Shown: in pieces, positions 38,335 to 52,597 of the stretch
How the letters are laid out: every line of letters begins with the position of its first letter
How positions within the stretch are numbered: the first letter of the stretch is position 1
Source of the DNA: Chiloscyllium plagiosum
Taxonomy: Eukaryota
Direction of reading: 5' to 3'
DNA: 64,000 nucleotides
Assembly (NCBI RefSeq): GCF_004010195.1
Contig: NC_057719.1
Span: 40,092,872 to 40,156,871, forward strand
Made by a program: the position numbers and the translations under genes
The notes under the pieces: model-generated
What the model was told of the DNA's origin: nothing
The model's input: only the letters and a program-made list of their open reading frames with translations
Database searches by the model: none

Positions 38335-40255
38335 TTTAAATTCATTCATGGGGTGTGGGCATCACTGGCCAGCCAGCATTTATTGCCCATCCCTAGTTGC
38401 CCTTGAGAAGGCATTGGTGAACTGCCTTCTTGATTCGCTGCAGTCATGTGCTGCAGGTTGGCCCACAATGTCCTCAAAGAGAGAATTTTAGGATTTTAAC
38501 CCAGAAACACTGAAGGAATGGCAATATATTTCCAAGTCAGGATGGTGAGTGGCTTGGAGAGGAACTTCCAGATGGTGTTCCCATGTATCTGCTGCCCTTG
38601 CCCTTCTGATGGAAAGTGTTGTCTAAGGATCTTTGGTGAATTTCTGCAGTGCATCTTAGTACATACAGTGGCTACTATCTACAAGTGTCAGTGGTGGAGG
38701 GAGTGGATGCTTGTGAATGAGGTACCAATCAAGCGGGCTGCCTTGTCCTGATGGTGTAAAGCTTCTTGAATGTTGTTAAAGCTGCATTCATCCAGGCAAG
38801 TGGGGAGTATGCCAACACACTCCTGATTTATGCCTTGTAGATGGTGGACGGGTTTGTTGGATGCTGGATGGGGAGTCCAGGAGGTGAGTTACTCACTGCA
38901 CTATTCATAGTCTCTGACCCTACTCTTGTAACCATTGTGTTTATATTGTGTTTCTGTTCAATGATAACCTCCCGGATGTTGATAATGGGGGATTCAATTA
39001 TGGTAACACCATTGAATGTCAAAGGGCACTGGTTAAATGGTCTCTTATTAGAGATGGTCATTGCCTGGCGTTTGTGGGGTGTGAGTGTTACTTGCTATTT
39101 ATCAGCCCAAGCCTGGATATTATCCAGGTCACGTTGCATTTGAACATGGACTACTTCAGTGTCTGAGGAGTCACAAATTGTGACCATTTGTGTAATTATC
39201 AGTAAACACCTCCACTTATGTCCTTATGATCAAGGGAAGGTCATTGATGAAGCAGCTGAAACTGGTTCAGTCAAGGACGCTACCCCAGCAATTCCTGTGG
39301 AGAGGTCTTAAGGCTGAATGACTTATCTCCACCTACCTAGGTGTCAGGTATGACTCCAACCAGCAGAACACTGGCCCTCTGATTCCCATGGATTCCAGTT
39401 TTGCTGGAGCTTTGGGGGCGGCACGGTGGCACAGTGGTTAGCACTGCTGCCTCACAGCGTCTGAGACCCGGGTTCAATTCCAGCCTCGGGTGACTGACTG
39501 TGTGGAGTTTGCACATTCTCGCCGTGTCTGTGTGGGTTTCCTCCGGGTGCTCTGGTTTCCTCCAACAATCCAAAAATGTGCAGGTTAGGTGAATTGGCCA
39601 TGCTAAATTGCCCGCAGTGTTAGCTGAAGGGGTAAATGTAGGGGAATGGGTCTGGGTGGGTTGCGCTTCAGCGGGTCGGTGTGGACTTGTTGGGCCGAAG
39701 GGCCTGTTTCCACACTAAGTAATCTAATCTAATATAAAGCTCCTTGATGCCATATTCTGTCAAAAGCAGCCTTGATGTCAAGGGCTGTCACTCTCACCTC
39801 ACCTCTGGAATTCAGCTCTTTTGTCCATGCTTAAACTAAGGCTGTAATGTGGTCACGAGCTGAGTGGCCCTGGCGGAACCCAAACTGGGCATCATTGAAC
39901 AGGTGCTGCTTGATAGCTTGATGATACCTTCCACTGACGATGGGGCATTAATTGACCAGGTTAGATTTGTCCAACTTTTTGTGTACAGGATATACATGGG
40001 TAATTTTCCACTGCATCAGGTAGGTGCCGGATGCCAGAATTAAGCTGTATTTGTACTGGAACAGCTTGGCTAAGGAAGCAGCAGGTTCTGGAGCACATGT
40101 CTTTTGTACTATTGCCAGAATGTTGCCAGGGCCCACAGCCTTGACAGTATCCAGTGCCAACAGCGCTTTCTTGATATCACATGAAGTATATCAAATTGCT
40201 CCTGCCATGCCTTCTTGCACTCTCCATTGAATCAAGGTTGATTCCTTGGTTTGAA
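38335..40255 (-). mobile_element. CR1/L2-clade LINE (distinct family) with nested SINE
   Basis: ALDTVKAVGPGNILAIVQKTCAPEPAASLAKLFQ..SNLVN and PLTFNGVTIIESPIINI. Related 3'-end pieces at ~54348-54432 and 57745-59190. Confidence 0.78.
39414..39732 (+). mobile_element. HE1-like SINE, young, nested in a LINE
   Basis: Full head, body and AATCT tail. Confidence 0.88.
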
Positions 40256-41639
40256 AAAAAAAAATCAGAAAATTGCAAAAGCCAGAAAGGAGAGCATTTA
40301 TCTGGTTCTACTCTCTGAATAAGAGTTCACAACAGATTTCCTCCGCCACCTCCTCATAGCCTTGTCCTTGTCAGACACAACTCAATTCTCTCTCGAAAGC
40401 CTTGAATGAACATTCTCTTAGGCACTGCATCCTAACCACCCATTGCAAATATATTTTTCTTTGTACTTCCATTGATCCTTTAGGCAGTTAACTCTGTGCG
40501 CTCTCATTTTCAATTCTTGCATCAGAGAGAATTGTCTTATACGCGTGCTCTTTCGAAATCCCGCATTATTTTGAATACCTCTATCAAATTTCCTCTCAAA
40601 GGAAAACACACAACTGTTCCAATTTATCTTTACTCCCAAGATCACTTCTGCTATTTTTTTTTTGCATTTTCACATCTTCACATTTTTCCTAACATTTAGC
40701 ACCCAGAACTGAATCCGATATTCTAGCTGAAACCAAAACAGTGGCTGTCCACAAATTTAACACAATTGTTTTGCTTTCATATCCAGCCCTAGTAACAAAA
40801 CCTTGGATGGTTTATGTTCTATTAACCACACCCTCAAATTGTACTGCAACCTTCAGTTATTGATGCATACAATAAGTGCTCAACTAAAATTATGTTTGCA
40901 TTCCTGAAAATTACAACTAAACAAAACATGGGCTCCATAGGAACCAAAGTTAAAACTGTAGGTAGGATCCTTAGGGCAGTGTTTGTCAGAGAAAAAAAAA
41001 TTATACCCTCTATATTGAAACATTTTACATTCTTAAAAGAAATGACTTTCAAACTAAAATATGTTTCAAAGTCAAAGACAAAAACCTAACTTGTTACTTA
41101 TCAATATCTCCTTTTCAACCTTGGTCACCACAGACACGCTGCTCCATGAACCTTGAGCTTGCAGCCCCTTCCCCATTTTTGACCCAGCCTCTTGCTACTA
41201 CCTCGCCTTGGATTTGCATTCCCATTCAAGATCTAGGTTCAATCTGAAGCAGGAGTTCTAACCAAGAAACAAAAGAACTGCAAATCTGAAACAAAAACAA
41301 AAATTACTGGAGAAACTCAAGTCTGGCACAAATTCTGTTATTTCTCCTCAACTAAGGAAGCAACTACTGCACAGATAATTCTAAGAGGAGGGGGTTAGAA
41401 TTAACCTCTGTTTTATAACAATTGGCAAAGAGGTCGTTTATTTAGTTAATACCTCAGCTGTTCCCATCTCCACACATAAATTGCCTTGTTGGTCCCTAAT
41501 CAGCCTCCATCCTTTTCTTTATTTCTTCACGAGATGATGGTGTCTCTGGTTAGGTGTCAATTGCTCAACTCAACTGTTCTATTAAGCTGGTGGTTACCTG
41601 TCTTCTTGAACTGCTCGAGTCCTTGGGGTATCAATAAAA

Positions 41640-42220
41640 TACAGATGCCAGTGTAACCTTGAGATGTCCGAGGAACAGAATATTCAAAGCCCAAAATACC
41701 AAACCCAGCACCAAGCTCATGGTCGACAGAGTAGCCATGGTACCAGCCTCCTATGTGTATCAGGAAAATGGACCATGCACATCAGACACCTCAAATCCCT
41801 GGAGATTTACCATCAACAGTGATTTCACAAAATCCTACAAATGCACTGGCAAGATAGGCATTCCAACATGAGCATCCTTTCCCAAGTTCCAGTTTCAAGG
41901 AACTGGTCACATTCTCTCCATGCCTGACACAAGACTGCCGAATTAAGCGCTCTACTCCGAGTTCCACAATGGTAAATGATGACGAGGAGGGCAGAGGTAA
42001 CGCTACAAGTATACATCAAAAGCCACTCTAAAAAATCCAACCCCAGAACTTGGGAGAATCTGTGAAAATTCTGGTTTGAATGTCACCATCAACGGCACGC
42101 AAAATCCAGATCATCATACCCACCCACCTCAAACATCAGCTGGCTCAGCTATGGAAGAGTCTGTAGCTCCAGACTTGGAGCATTCATCAATCCCAAAGGG
42201 CTACCTAAGAGAAGAAACAA
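41640..42220 (+). mobile_element. RTE-clade LINE remnant
   Basis: GHILSMPDTRLPN.ALYSEFHNGK..GGQR.RYK resembles the RTE C-terminus. Confidence 0.6.
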
Positions 42221-42679
42221 CACTGTGAAGGAAGGGAGTTCCAGCATACTGATTGAAATAATGGCTCATGAGCTGTTACATTGCTCCAAGTTAGGATGGC
42301 GTCAACCTTGGGGAGGAGCCTGCAGTTTGTGTTCCCCTTCATTTGTTGCCCTTTGTCCTCTAGGTGGTAAATGTCACCATCCATATCCTATTCATTTAAC
42401 TTTTGAAAGCTTCTGGATTTCCATTCATATTCAACATTAATATCTTTTTCTACTTCTTTGTTTTTCATTTTTCCTCCAAGCTGTAGATACTGCACCTGTT
42501 CTGCAATTGCATGATTCATCTGACATCATCACTTCATCTTAACTTTCTTCCAAGGAGTCTCAATTTGTTTTCCCTACCTTTCCAGTTTGTGGGAAGGAAC
42601 CTTATGTCAAATCTCTCTCTTCTCAAAAGGAAATTTCCTTAACCTTTTCTAGAATCAACTCCCAGCAGTGGTCAAGCCA

Positions 42680-43290
42680 AAGTCCTACACAGCTCCAAGA
42701 TAACATCCTTGTTCTTATAACCTATGCCATGACTGACAAGTGTTTGTATGCCTTATCATCTATCCTGTTTACTAGAGTGCCATCTTTAGGAATCCGAGCA
42801 CAAACATCTAAAAATCCATCTGTTCCTCTAAGCTTCCTGTATCCGGTCATTCATTGGGTATCCCTTAAGCTGTTACTTCTTCCAAAGTGCATCCCTCATA
42901 ATTATCTGGATGAGATTCCATCCGCAACTGATCTGCCCAACTGACAATCCATTTATATTATCCTAAAAGCTATTATCTTCTACCTCACTGTCAACTCAGC
43001 CAATCTTGGTATCATCCACAAATTTTATAAACACCCTACATTCTCATGTACCTCATTTATAAATATCATAAACATTAAGGGACCCAGCACTGATGCCCAT
43101 GGTATGTCACTACATACAGCCTCCAGTCACAAACAACCTTCTACCAGCACCCTCTGTCTCCTGTCACTAATCCTCTCGCCAAGTTACCTTATTTATCTAT
43201 TATCATGTTGAACATTGCTGAATTCCGTATAAAATATATCAACTGTTCCACCCTCTTCAAACACGTCATGACATTAAAAAAAAATCCAGC
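42680..43290 (-). mobile_element. Decayed CR1 RT fragment
   Basis: Minus-strand remnant of VP.GSVLGP / DDTK motifs. Confidence 0.7.
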
Positions 43291-43675
43291 ACCAATAGTT
43301 GATCAGGGTTTCAATTTTACTTCTGCTTTCAAACAACTGCTCTGAATCCTCAGTAATTCTTTTCCCTGTTCACGTGCTGCTTTTCATGATACATTTCATA
43401 CTTGAAGCTTGTCAAGTTTTACTTGAAGATTTACCTTGGTTGAATGTGTTTTCACAGGCTTTTTCATTTAAACATTTCATGCCGTGATTCATTACTTCTA
43501 TTTCCTGTACCAATGTTCAAGTATTTGCATTTTTCATGAAAGAATGTTGGTTCTTTACATTAATCAATTTTTCTTCAGTACAGTTTAGTTCCTCATACTG
43601 CCATGGACATTCTGACATTTCTTGGTCAGGGGCTAATTGTTTTTACATTTTATTCTGTCTAGCCATCATGCAATC

Positions 43676-43960
43676 TGGTTGTGGAGTTTGCATGTTCTCC
43701 CAGTGTCTGCACAGGTTTCTGCTGGGTGCTCCAGTTTCCTCCCATGGTTCAAGATGTGAAAGAGGTGGATTAGCCACACTAAACCGCCCATTGTATTCAG
43801 GGATACGTAGGTTAGATGCATTAGCTATGGGAAATGCAGAGTTACAGGGATGGTGTAGCGGGATAAGTCTGGGTGGGATGTTCTTTGGAGGGTCAGTGCA
43901 GACTTGTTGGATTGAATGGCCCGTTTCCACACTGTAGAGATTCTATAATTCTATTCTATG
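43676..43960 (+). mobile_element. 5'-truncated HE1-like SINE
   Basis: Body and tail only. Confidence 0.75.
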
Positions 43961-45288
43961 ATGATCTGGGAAACAGTCCAAATGTTCTTCCTGTAAAAGC
44001 TCCTTTTCTCTTTATACCCTCATCCAATTCCAGATGTAGTGCTATCACCTCAAGTATGTCAACTTTCTTAACCCCTACTTTTAATTCTAACACCAACTTT
44101 CCTGTGAAAGCTACGAATCTACTCTTGGTTGATAGTCTTTTCCAAAATTCTCAGAAATAAATCTTCCTTCTCCAGAAAAGTCATTACACCTGACAAGGCC
44201 ACTTTTGTTTTCAACAGGTATTGCAAAACTCAGAATGAAAATCTTATCAAGGTTAACCTCAGCAAGTCCCAGCATTGATATTTGTCTGTGAATTTAAAAT
44301 TCCACAAGAACTGCCAAAATATGCTACAATTTCAGACAAGGCTATGAATTAATATTATGGTCTCTATCTAGACATTACCTTATGATCCTTGATAAACTGC
44401 CAAATTTATGTTTTAATCTCAGTCAAGAGCAGTAATTTATTTTTGTTCAAAGTAGTCAAAGTTTGAAATCCTAGATATTTACTAAGAGAATAAAGCCACA
44501 AGATTTTATGCTTCTGAACAAACAAAATACGCAAAAGTGAGTAAAGAAAAAAGTAATCTAATACATACACAAGTTAGAATGGAACATTCAGGATTAACAG
44601 GAGATAAATATAGGTTAACAGACAAACTTGGCCAAACATCACACAAAGAACATCAAGTAGCAGGTGCAGTCAAGACAGTCCGCATGGAATTTTCAGAAAC
44701 CTTGAGTTTTTAAGTGACAATGGGGGCCAAATTTCATTAAGACTTTGTCTCCTTTACAAAGGATTCATGTTTCTCACTTTCAAAAATCAATCCTAGAAAC
44801 TTCATTAAAGCCAATTCACCACCCACTGCCTCAATGACTGGTCATCTCTCAGTGATTGAGTGTCTATCCTTGGAATGGTCCTCTTAATTCTCATGCTGCA
44901 TTTGACCTTCTGCTCTCAGCACACACTAAGCTGCCCTGGATTTCCTCAAGATCTGTCTCCCAACATATACCAAGCAAATACTACACAGAACTTCCCTGAA
45001 CTTCACTCTCAGCTGCACTGAACTGATATTTTTTTCTAGCAATGACTTGCTCTCATTTCCTAATATTACAAATACCAAAAGGCTTCAAAATCCCAACTTC
45101 TTAGCATCACAAAGCCAGCAACAAGCACCACTTGAGTTGCATGGAGCCTCTTCCCTTGCTCCTGACTAAAACCCTCAAACTGATTACTACCCCTGAACCA
45201 CTGTTCACTTAGACTTGAACTGATCTGGGTATCCTCACAAACTACTTGAGTCCTGCCCAGTTAGTTAGTTATAAGACAGAAACAAATG

Positions 45289-45516
45289 TTGAAAAATGTG
45301 TTGCTGGAAAAGCACAGCAGGTCAAGCAGCATCCAAGGAGCAGGAGAATCGACGTTTTGGGCATAAGCCCTTTTTCAGGAATCTGGTTCCTGAAGAAGGG
45401 CTTATGCCCGAAACGTCGATTCTCCTGCTCCTTGGATGCTGCCTGACCTGCTGCGCTTTTCCAGCAACACATTTTTCAGCTCTGATCTCCAGCATCTGCA
45501 GTCCTCACTTTCTCCT
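45289..45516. mobile_element. Palindromic Penelope-terminus insert
   Basis: 92-bp inverted arms 45290-45381 and 45387-45478 (4 mismatches, 5-nt loop); TSD AGAAACAAATG at 45278-45288 and 45517-45527; intact plus-strand hammerhead core at 45390-45417. Confidence 0.82.
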
Positions 45517-46619
45517 AGAAACAAATGCTTCAAGCACTGGAACAAAGCCTGAGAGTGTGGTACGACTCTCCACATCACACAGCCCAAAGATACAAGAAAC
45601 CTAAATTTGATAACATGCACCATATTTTCTTTTCTATATTAAACTAAACCTCAAGCTAAGGTGATGCTTCACACTGAAAAAAATCAAGAGTTTCAAAAGG
45701 TTTGCTTATCTGCCTGCCTGTCTAGTACTCTTCAAAGCTTTGTTTGCAAAGTGAAGTTGATTCAGATTTATACCCCATTCCTAAGCCCAGGATAGTATCC
45801 TAAACATCAACTGAGAGTTTATAAACCTCCTCCCTGCCCAGTATTATGCAGCAGCAAGATAGGGAAATCCCCAATATCTCTATTAGTTTCTGCCTCCTGT
45901 CAGTCAGCAAAAGTTCACATTTTTTTTGGCCTTGTGACAGTTGGAGATTCCCTGGGAAGACGCTCTCCTACCAGCTTTGGCTGTATTTGAGACCCAACTC
46001 CCAGCTCCCACTCTTGGTTTCCAGCTGCCTCCCTATTGGACTCTCTTTTTCTGATTCTTCTCCTTGTTCCCCAGAGGATGTGGAATGGATCAGACTTGAT
46101 GATACAGCTAAAAGTCTCCTGAAAAACAGTAATGGGACTAGCCAAAATAACTGTTACTTCACCAATCACAAGTTTCTCCCCTTCCATGTATGCTGCTTTT
46201 TGAATCATGAATTAAGTCTCCAGAGGTGCGGTATAAATCATGTAGGAGGGGACTGGTGAACAGAGCTAGTTCAGCAAGCATGGGAGTAAGGGAATCTGGG
46301 ATTACAGAAACAACAAGGATAAGAGAGTCACAAGATGTGAGGAGATGCTTCTCCAATCACAATTCTGCATTATTTTCTCCTCACTCTCACACTGCAGTTT
46401 CAATCTTTTTTGGACTCTGGCGAGGGTGGAAGTTGGAGCTAATATATACCGAAGTTGACTTTGGTCTCCAATTTTGCTTTTCCTTTCATCCAGATCTTTA
46501 ATTTGCAATAAGATTATAAATGAAATGTCTGTGTATTTTGAACCCAACTGCCAAGTCAGCCAATAACAAAATTAGTAAAATTGAACATTTTGCCCTATAA
46601 ATACTTAAGAGTTAAATGT

Positions 46620-48372
46620 GAAGGGAAAGCATTGTTGATTATTTTGTTTTTTCCTTGTTGTACAGGGGGAAAGAAATTAGTGAGCATAAACTATACAGCA
46701 TCTAATTTGAGAAAGGAACTTCATCATAATAGTGAGTAGAGATGGGTTATTTTTGATTATATGTTTTATTCAGATCTGTTTCTTGATTAAATTTTAAAAA
46801 TATAAAACATAGATACTAAGTTAACCTGGAGCAGTATTTTTTAGAGCAGTAAAACTGTGCTATTTTGGGGTCTGATGATTGTTAAGGTGCAAAGATGACC
46901 TTTAAAGATATACTCTTCCTGTTGGATGTGGGGATTTATGGAGAGTTTCTATGTTACTGATGGTTACGTCTGCAGGAAGTGTCTTTGGTTGTGAATCCTA
47001 TTGTATCACATGCATTGGTTAGAGGCAATGAGGAATTTACAGGAGCTGGGGGTGTGTGTGATGGATGGCAGTTATAGGAAGGATGGAAAACTGCAGATAC
47101 AGTTAGGTAGATGAGTCACCTCCAGCAAAAGGCGGAGAGGGACACAGGTAGTGCAGGAGTCACCTGTGGCTATCCCCTTCTCAAACAAGTATGCTGTTTT
47201 GGAAAATGTAGGGGTCTATCTTATGTAGAAAGATTGGAGCGACTGGGCTTGTATACCCTTCTGAGAGGGGATCTGATTGAGACGTACAAGATTATTAAAG
47301 GATTGGACACTCTGGAGGCAGGAAACATGTTTCCGCTGATGGGTGAGTCCCGAACCAGAGGACACAGCTTAAAAATAAGGGTAGGCCATTTAGGACAGAG
47401 ATGAGGAGAAACTTCTTCACCCAGAGAGTGGTGGGTGTGTGGAATGCTCTGCGCCAGAAGGCAGTGGGTCCCAGTCTCTGGATTCATTTAAGAAAGAGTT
47501 GGATAGAGCTCTCAAGGATAGTGGAATCAAGGGTCATGGAGATAAGGCAGGAACAGGATACTGATTGAGGATGATCAGCCATGATCATACTGAATGGTGG
47601 TGCAGGCTCGAAGGGCAGAATGGCCTACTCCTGCACCTATTGTCTATAATGTAGCATGAACAGCCAAGCTTCTGGTACCGAGACTGGTTCTAATGTAACA
47701 GGGGGTACGTCACGATCCAAGTGATCGATTGTGAGATTGTCTAGTCAGAGGCATAGACAGACATTTTTGCAGCCGACAGTGAGAAATCAGAACGGTGTGT
47801 TGCCTCCCTGGTTCCAGGATCAAGGATATCATGGAGAGAGTGTAGAATATTCTCAAAGGGGAGAGGGACCAGCAGGAGGGACCAATAGTAGAAATAATGA
47901 CACAGGAAAGGAAAGGGATGAGATTCTGAAGGTACAATATAGGAAGTTCGACATGAATGTAAAAAGGAGATCCTCAAGGGCGATAATATCTGGATTACTC
48001 CTGGTGCTACAAGCTAGTGAGGGGAGGAATAGGAGGACAGAGCAATTGAATGCGTGGCTGAGGAGCTGGTGCAGGGGAGAAGGGTTGACATTTTTGGATC
48101 ATTGGAATCTCTTCTGGGGTAGAAGTAACCTGTATAAGAAGGACGGATTGCACCTGAATTGGAACGGGACTAATATCCTGGCAGAGAGATTTTTTTAAGA
48201 GCTGCTTGGGAGGATTTAAACTAGTAAGCTGAGGGGAATTAGTGAGGAAAGAGATGCATTTGAGACTGGTACAGTTGGGAAAAGGAGCAAGTCAAACAGT
48301 AGGGCAGGCAGGAACACAAAGAATAAGGTAGGATCGATAAATTAAGCTACATTTATTTCAATACAAGAGGCC
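46620..48372 (+). mobile_element. CR1 5' region with ORF1 esterase, interrupted by a young CR1 3' end (47220-47646)
   Basis: LNAWLRSWCRGEGLTFLDHWNLFWGRSNLYKKDGLHLN carries the SGNH-type DGLH motif; the nested piece reads GDLIETYKIIKGLD..RTRGHSLK. Confidence 0.82.
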
Positions 48373-48957
48373 TGAGCCACGTCTCTGTAATTACTATGAC
48401 ATCCTAGCATGGTACTTTCTCACTCAACTATTTTAATATGAGATGCATTTACAAATGTATTTATGAAGGGGTGAAGGACTAATATTACACTATGAAACTA
48501 TTAAATGTTTTGCTTTTTAAACAATTAAACATTTCTGGGTCACTACAAATGGCAAACTAATAAGTGTTCACTGACAATTAAAGTACCCAATTTTTCAGAA
48601 AACAATGTTTAAAACAAAATGGTGCAACTTGAATATGTAATACTTCATTACTTAAATATCTAATTACACAATCAACCAGGTCTTCAAATACTGTTAACTC
48701 ATTGACATACTGGCTAAACTTTTAAATTATTAGCAGATGTCATTTTTTGAAACTCTCATCACCCTTGAAAGCTATTTTAATTGCTAAAATATTCCTACTT
48801 CGGCTGAATTTATCAGAAATAATTCTGGTCCAAATTTAGACACATAGGTAAATCCTTAAAACTACTATGTATTTTTGATTTCCAGCATCCAGAGTAGGCT
48901 GGAAATGCAACAGGTCTGGAATTTCAAAAATACAAATTCATCCAAAATTTATGTTTT

Positions 48958-50395
48958 TCAAGCTCCTCATGGTAGACTGCTTAGCAACGTTAAATCACAT
49001 AGAATGCAGGAAGAACTAGCCATTCGGATACAGCACTGGCTCAAAGGTAAAAGATAGAGGGTGGTGGTGGATGGTTGCTTTGTAGACTGGAGGCCTGTGA
49101 CCAATAGAGTGCCACAAGGATCAGTGCTTGGTCCATTGCTTTTTGACATTCATATTAATGATTTGGATGTGAACATAGGAGGTATAGTTGGTAAGTTTGC
49201 AGACGACACCAAAAGTGGAGGTGATGTGGACAGTGAAGAAGGATACCTTAGAATACAACTGGATCATGTTCAGATGGGTCAATGGGCCAAGGCATGGCAG
49301 ATGGAGTTTAATTTAGATAAATATGAGGTGTTACATTTTGGAAAGGCAAATCTTAGCACGACTTATACACTTAATGGTAAGGGTCCTGGGAGTGTTGCTG
49401 AACAAAGAGAACTCGGAGTGCAGGTTCATGGTTCCTTGAAAGTGGAGTCACAGGTACACAGGATAGTGGTGGTGGTGTTTGGTATGCTTTCCTTTATTGG
49501 TCAGAGCACTGAATATCAGAGTTAGGAGGTCATGTTGCAGCTGCACAGGACATTGATTCGGCCATTTTTGTAATATTGTGTGCAATCCTGGTCTGGTTCC
49601 TATCAGAAGGATGTTGTGAAACTTGAAAGGGTTCAGAAAGATTTACATGCATGCTGCCTGGGTTGGAGGATTCGAGCTATCGGCAGAGGCTGAATAGGCT
49701 GGGTTTTCCCTGGACCATCAGAGACTGAGGTTTATAAAATCATGAAGGGCATGGATTAGGGTAAATAGAAAAGCTCTTTTCCCTAGAGTGGGGCAAGTCC
49801 ACAACTGGAGGCCAATTGTTTAAGGTGAGAGGGGAAATATTTAAAAGGGACCCAAGGGCAACTTTTTCACACAGAGGGTGCTGAGTGTATGAAATGAGCT
49901 GCTGGACAAAGTGGTGGAGGCTGGTACAATTAGAACATTTAAAAAGGATGGGTATATGAATAGGAAGGCAGAAATGGGTAAAAAACAATGACTGCAGATG
50001 CTGGAAGCCAGATTCTGGATTAGTGGTGCTGGAAAAGCACAGCAGTCCAGGCAGCATCCGAGGAGCAGTAAAATTGACGTTTCGGGCAAAAGCCCTTCAT
50101 CAGGAATGCCCAAAATGTCGATTTTCCTGCTTCTCAGATGCTGCCTGACCTGCTGTGCTTTTCTAGCACCACACTCGGCTTGGCACTGATATGAATAGAA
50201 AGGGTTTAGAGGGATATGGGTCAAGTGCTGGCAAATGGGACTAGATTAATTTAGGATATCTGAATAAGAAGGGTTCAGAGGGAAATGGGCTAACTGCTGG
50301 CAAATGGGACTAGATTAATTTAGGATATCTAGTCAGCATGGACGAGTTGGACTGAAGGGTCTGTTTCCACACTGTACACCTCTATGACTCTATGT
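48958..50395 (+). mobile_element. CR1 (HER1-like) LINE RT and 3' end
   Basis: VPQGSVLGPLLF..KFADDTK..WQMEFN; ~69-bp tandem duplication near the tail (50193-50330). Confidence 0.88.
49969..50188 (-). mobile_element. Partly palindromic Penelope-terminus insert nested in a CR1 3' end
   Basis: TSD ATATGAATAG(G/A)AAGG at 49954-49968 and 50189-50203. Minus-strand core CTGATGA-A-GGGC tttt GCCC-GAAAC-GTC at 50103-50076. Confidence 0.78.
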
Positions 50396-52588
50396 TATAA
50401 ATCTCTCAAAGTACAAAGGGAAACAAGAATAGTAACTAAATACACCTTACTTGCAGTGCTGACAATTTCATCAACCCAACCAAAAGATATAAAGATCAAA
50501 TTTGAGAGTCAAACATACCCAATATTTAACGGGCAGTTCAACATATACAAACTGGTTCCAGTTATTCGATGATTAAACCAATGTTCCCAACTTTTTTGTT
50601 GTGATGATTATGTTGAAAAGCAAAGAAATGTCAATTGGCACCAAACATTTTTGACAATAAGCAGCAGAATCAGAAGTAACATAATCGAAGAACTAGCACA
50701 CGTTGCTCAGCTGCATTGAAATCAGAACATTCAAAAAGACACACACAAACGCGACAATTAATTCAGTAACTTTTGAAAAGTTGTTTTATCAACAGAGTAC
50801 AGTCAGTTGAGAATCTAAAATATAAAGCGTATACATATTATATAACCAAAAAACAAAAATCAACATTTTTAAAAATAATTTTTTCTTGCCTATAACTCTT
50901 CACATTTTCTCCAAATTAAACTACTCATAATTTCACAATAAAAGCAACAGCTTTAATACAATTTATTGACCAAACAAAATACATCGAACTATGAGTGAGT
51001 TGTAGCAGTTGTTTTGCCAGAGTGAAACACTCATATTTCAAAAGTTTCAGGTCACATCACAAATCAAAAAAAGTTCCCCCACACTTTTATCCCTAAGGAG
51101 CTGCAGTTTATTCCGCAGTATGGGTGGTATGGTAAGTACCTACTTGAACTTGAGCATTCTTTAAGTACCTGCAAACCATTTCAGTAATACTTCCTTAAAA
51201 ATAATTAAAATAACTCACTAAAGCTTCTCACAGGGACCAATGGAAGGGGTGAAGCAATTATGATTATGAATCACCATCTTTGGGTTCCCTGATTGCCTGT
51301 CTCACCCTCCCTCACCTCATTGTTCTTTCCATATCCCTTTCAGTGAGTCCAAGCAAATCCACAAATTGATGTAAAAATACAGTTTCAAAAACAGACTTAC
51401 AAATAAAATGTTAAAGTTTGGAACTGCATTCTGCAACAGATATTTATTAAATGGAAATGACAGCAATAAATCCCAGAACATGCATCAGTACAGACTGTAA
51501 TGAATAAACTATTGTTCTGTCAGCTAAACACAAGTACAAGTAGGGTAGTGAATGAGGCAAAACAAAATTGCAAACCTGGTAAATAACTGGATCTCCACTA
51601 CTTTTCCAACTTTGTGTCAAATGTCAAAAGGTGTATATTCACAAGAAGTTAATGTTTTTTTCTTCCTACCTTTTCCATTAAAGAGGTAAAGCAATATCTT
51701 ATTGGGGGGAGGGGAATGGGAATGTAGGTGATTGAAAATTAAATTGCAAAGGGAGGAGTTTCACCTAAAATATTTTAGTATTTTGTCCTTAAGTTAAAAC
51801 CCCATCAAAAAGTCAGGCTTTCACATAACTTAATACAGTAACTTTAAACCTCGGACAAAAGTAGGGTGGTCTTATCAAGCTAAAAACTAAATCTAGCGAA
51901 TGCGCAACATTGTTGTACAACAACTTCATTATTATCTCGGGTAGAAATCTTTGACACACTTGGAAAGATAAAGGCCGCCGAAAACATAGCAAAAATAGCT
52001 AAATCTTATTTTTACCATTAATGGAATTACACATACTATTCATAGAAATATCACTAAAATGTTAGTGTTTTGCATCAAAGATTTACAATTTACACTCGCT
52101 ACGATATCAAGAAGTCCAACTTTTTCAAAGTCTTTTTGATATAATTCAAAAACTTTACAGTATTTACGTTTTAACGAACATCAGGATATGTCAAGTCTTT
52201 ATTAAATCAGTCAGTAAAATGATACCAAGATCATCTTAGATAATGGAGTGTAGGCAAACATCAAAACTCATGGAAGACATTGCTTGAAGGATAACATAGC
52301 AGAACATAATACTTTGATTTTTAAAATTAATATCTTTGACATGAACATTAAAATATCAGTAACACATCATTGCGAGTTATGTGAACACTGTGCAATGAGC
52401 CAGTAGAAAGGAGTTCACTGCGGTATTTTAGTTATCGCTCTTTTCTGCCACAATAGCGCAGAAACCCCATGAATTTATCAGATTACTCCTTCGTGGGTGA
52501 ATCATTATTTTAAAAAGGATAGCCAGTTTCGCCCTTAACCATGTCGATTCAAATTAGAGTACCAGGACAAAACTAGACAAATACTCAC

Positions 52589-52597
52589 CGGCATCAT
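52589..52597 (-). CDS. PPP1R13B: PPP1R13B (ASPP1) coding exon 1 (MMP)
   Basis: Minus strand reads gccaaaATG ATG CCG|GTGAGT at the edge of a CpG island. The 9-nt coding exon MMP with a consensus donor joins in phase 0 to the exon at 24736. Confidence 0.92.

Noticed and set aside
39414..39490. tRNA genes
   Set aside because: The A/B boxes belong to SINE heads and are followed by SINE body.
47731..48198. 155-aa esterase-like ORF as a host gene
   Set aside because: It is a frameshifted CR1 ORF1 remnant embedded in LINE sequence.
49061..49525. Reverse transcriptase ORF as an active element or novel RT system
   Set aside because: It is a truncated CR1 ORF2 with stops on both sides.
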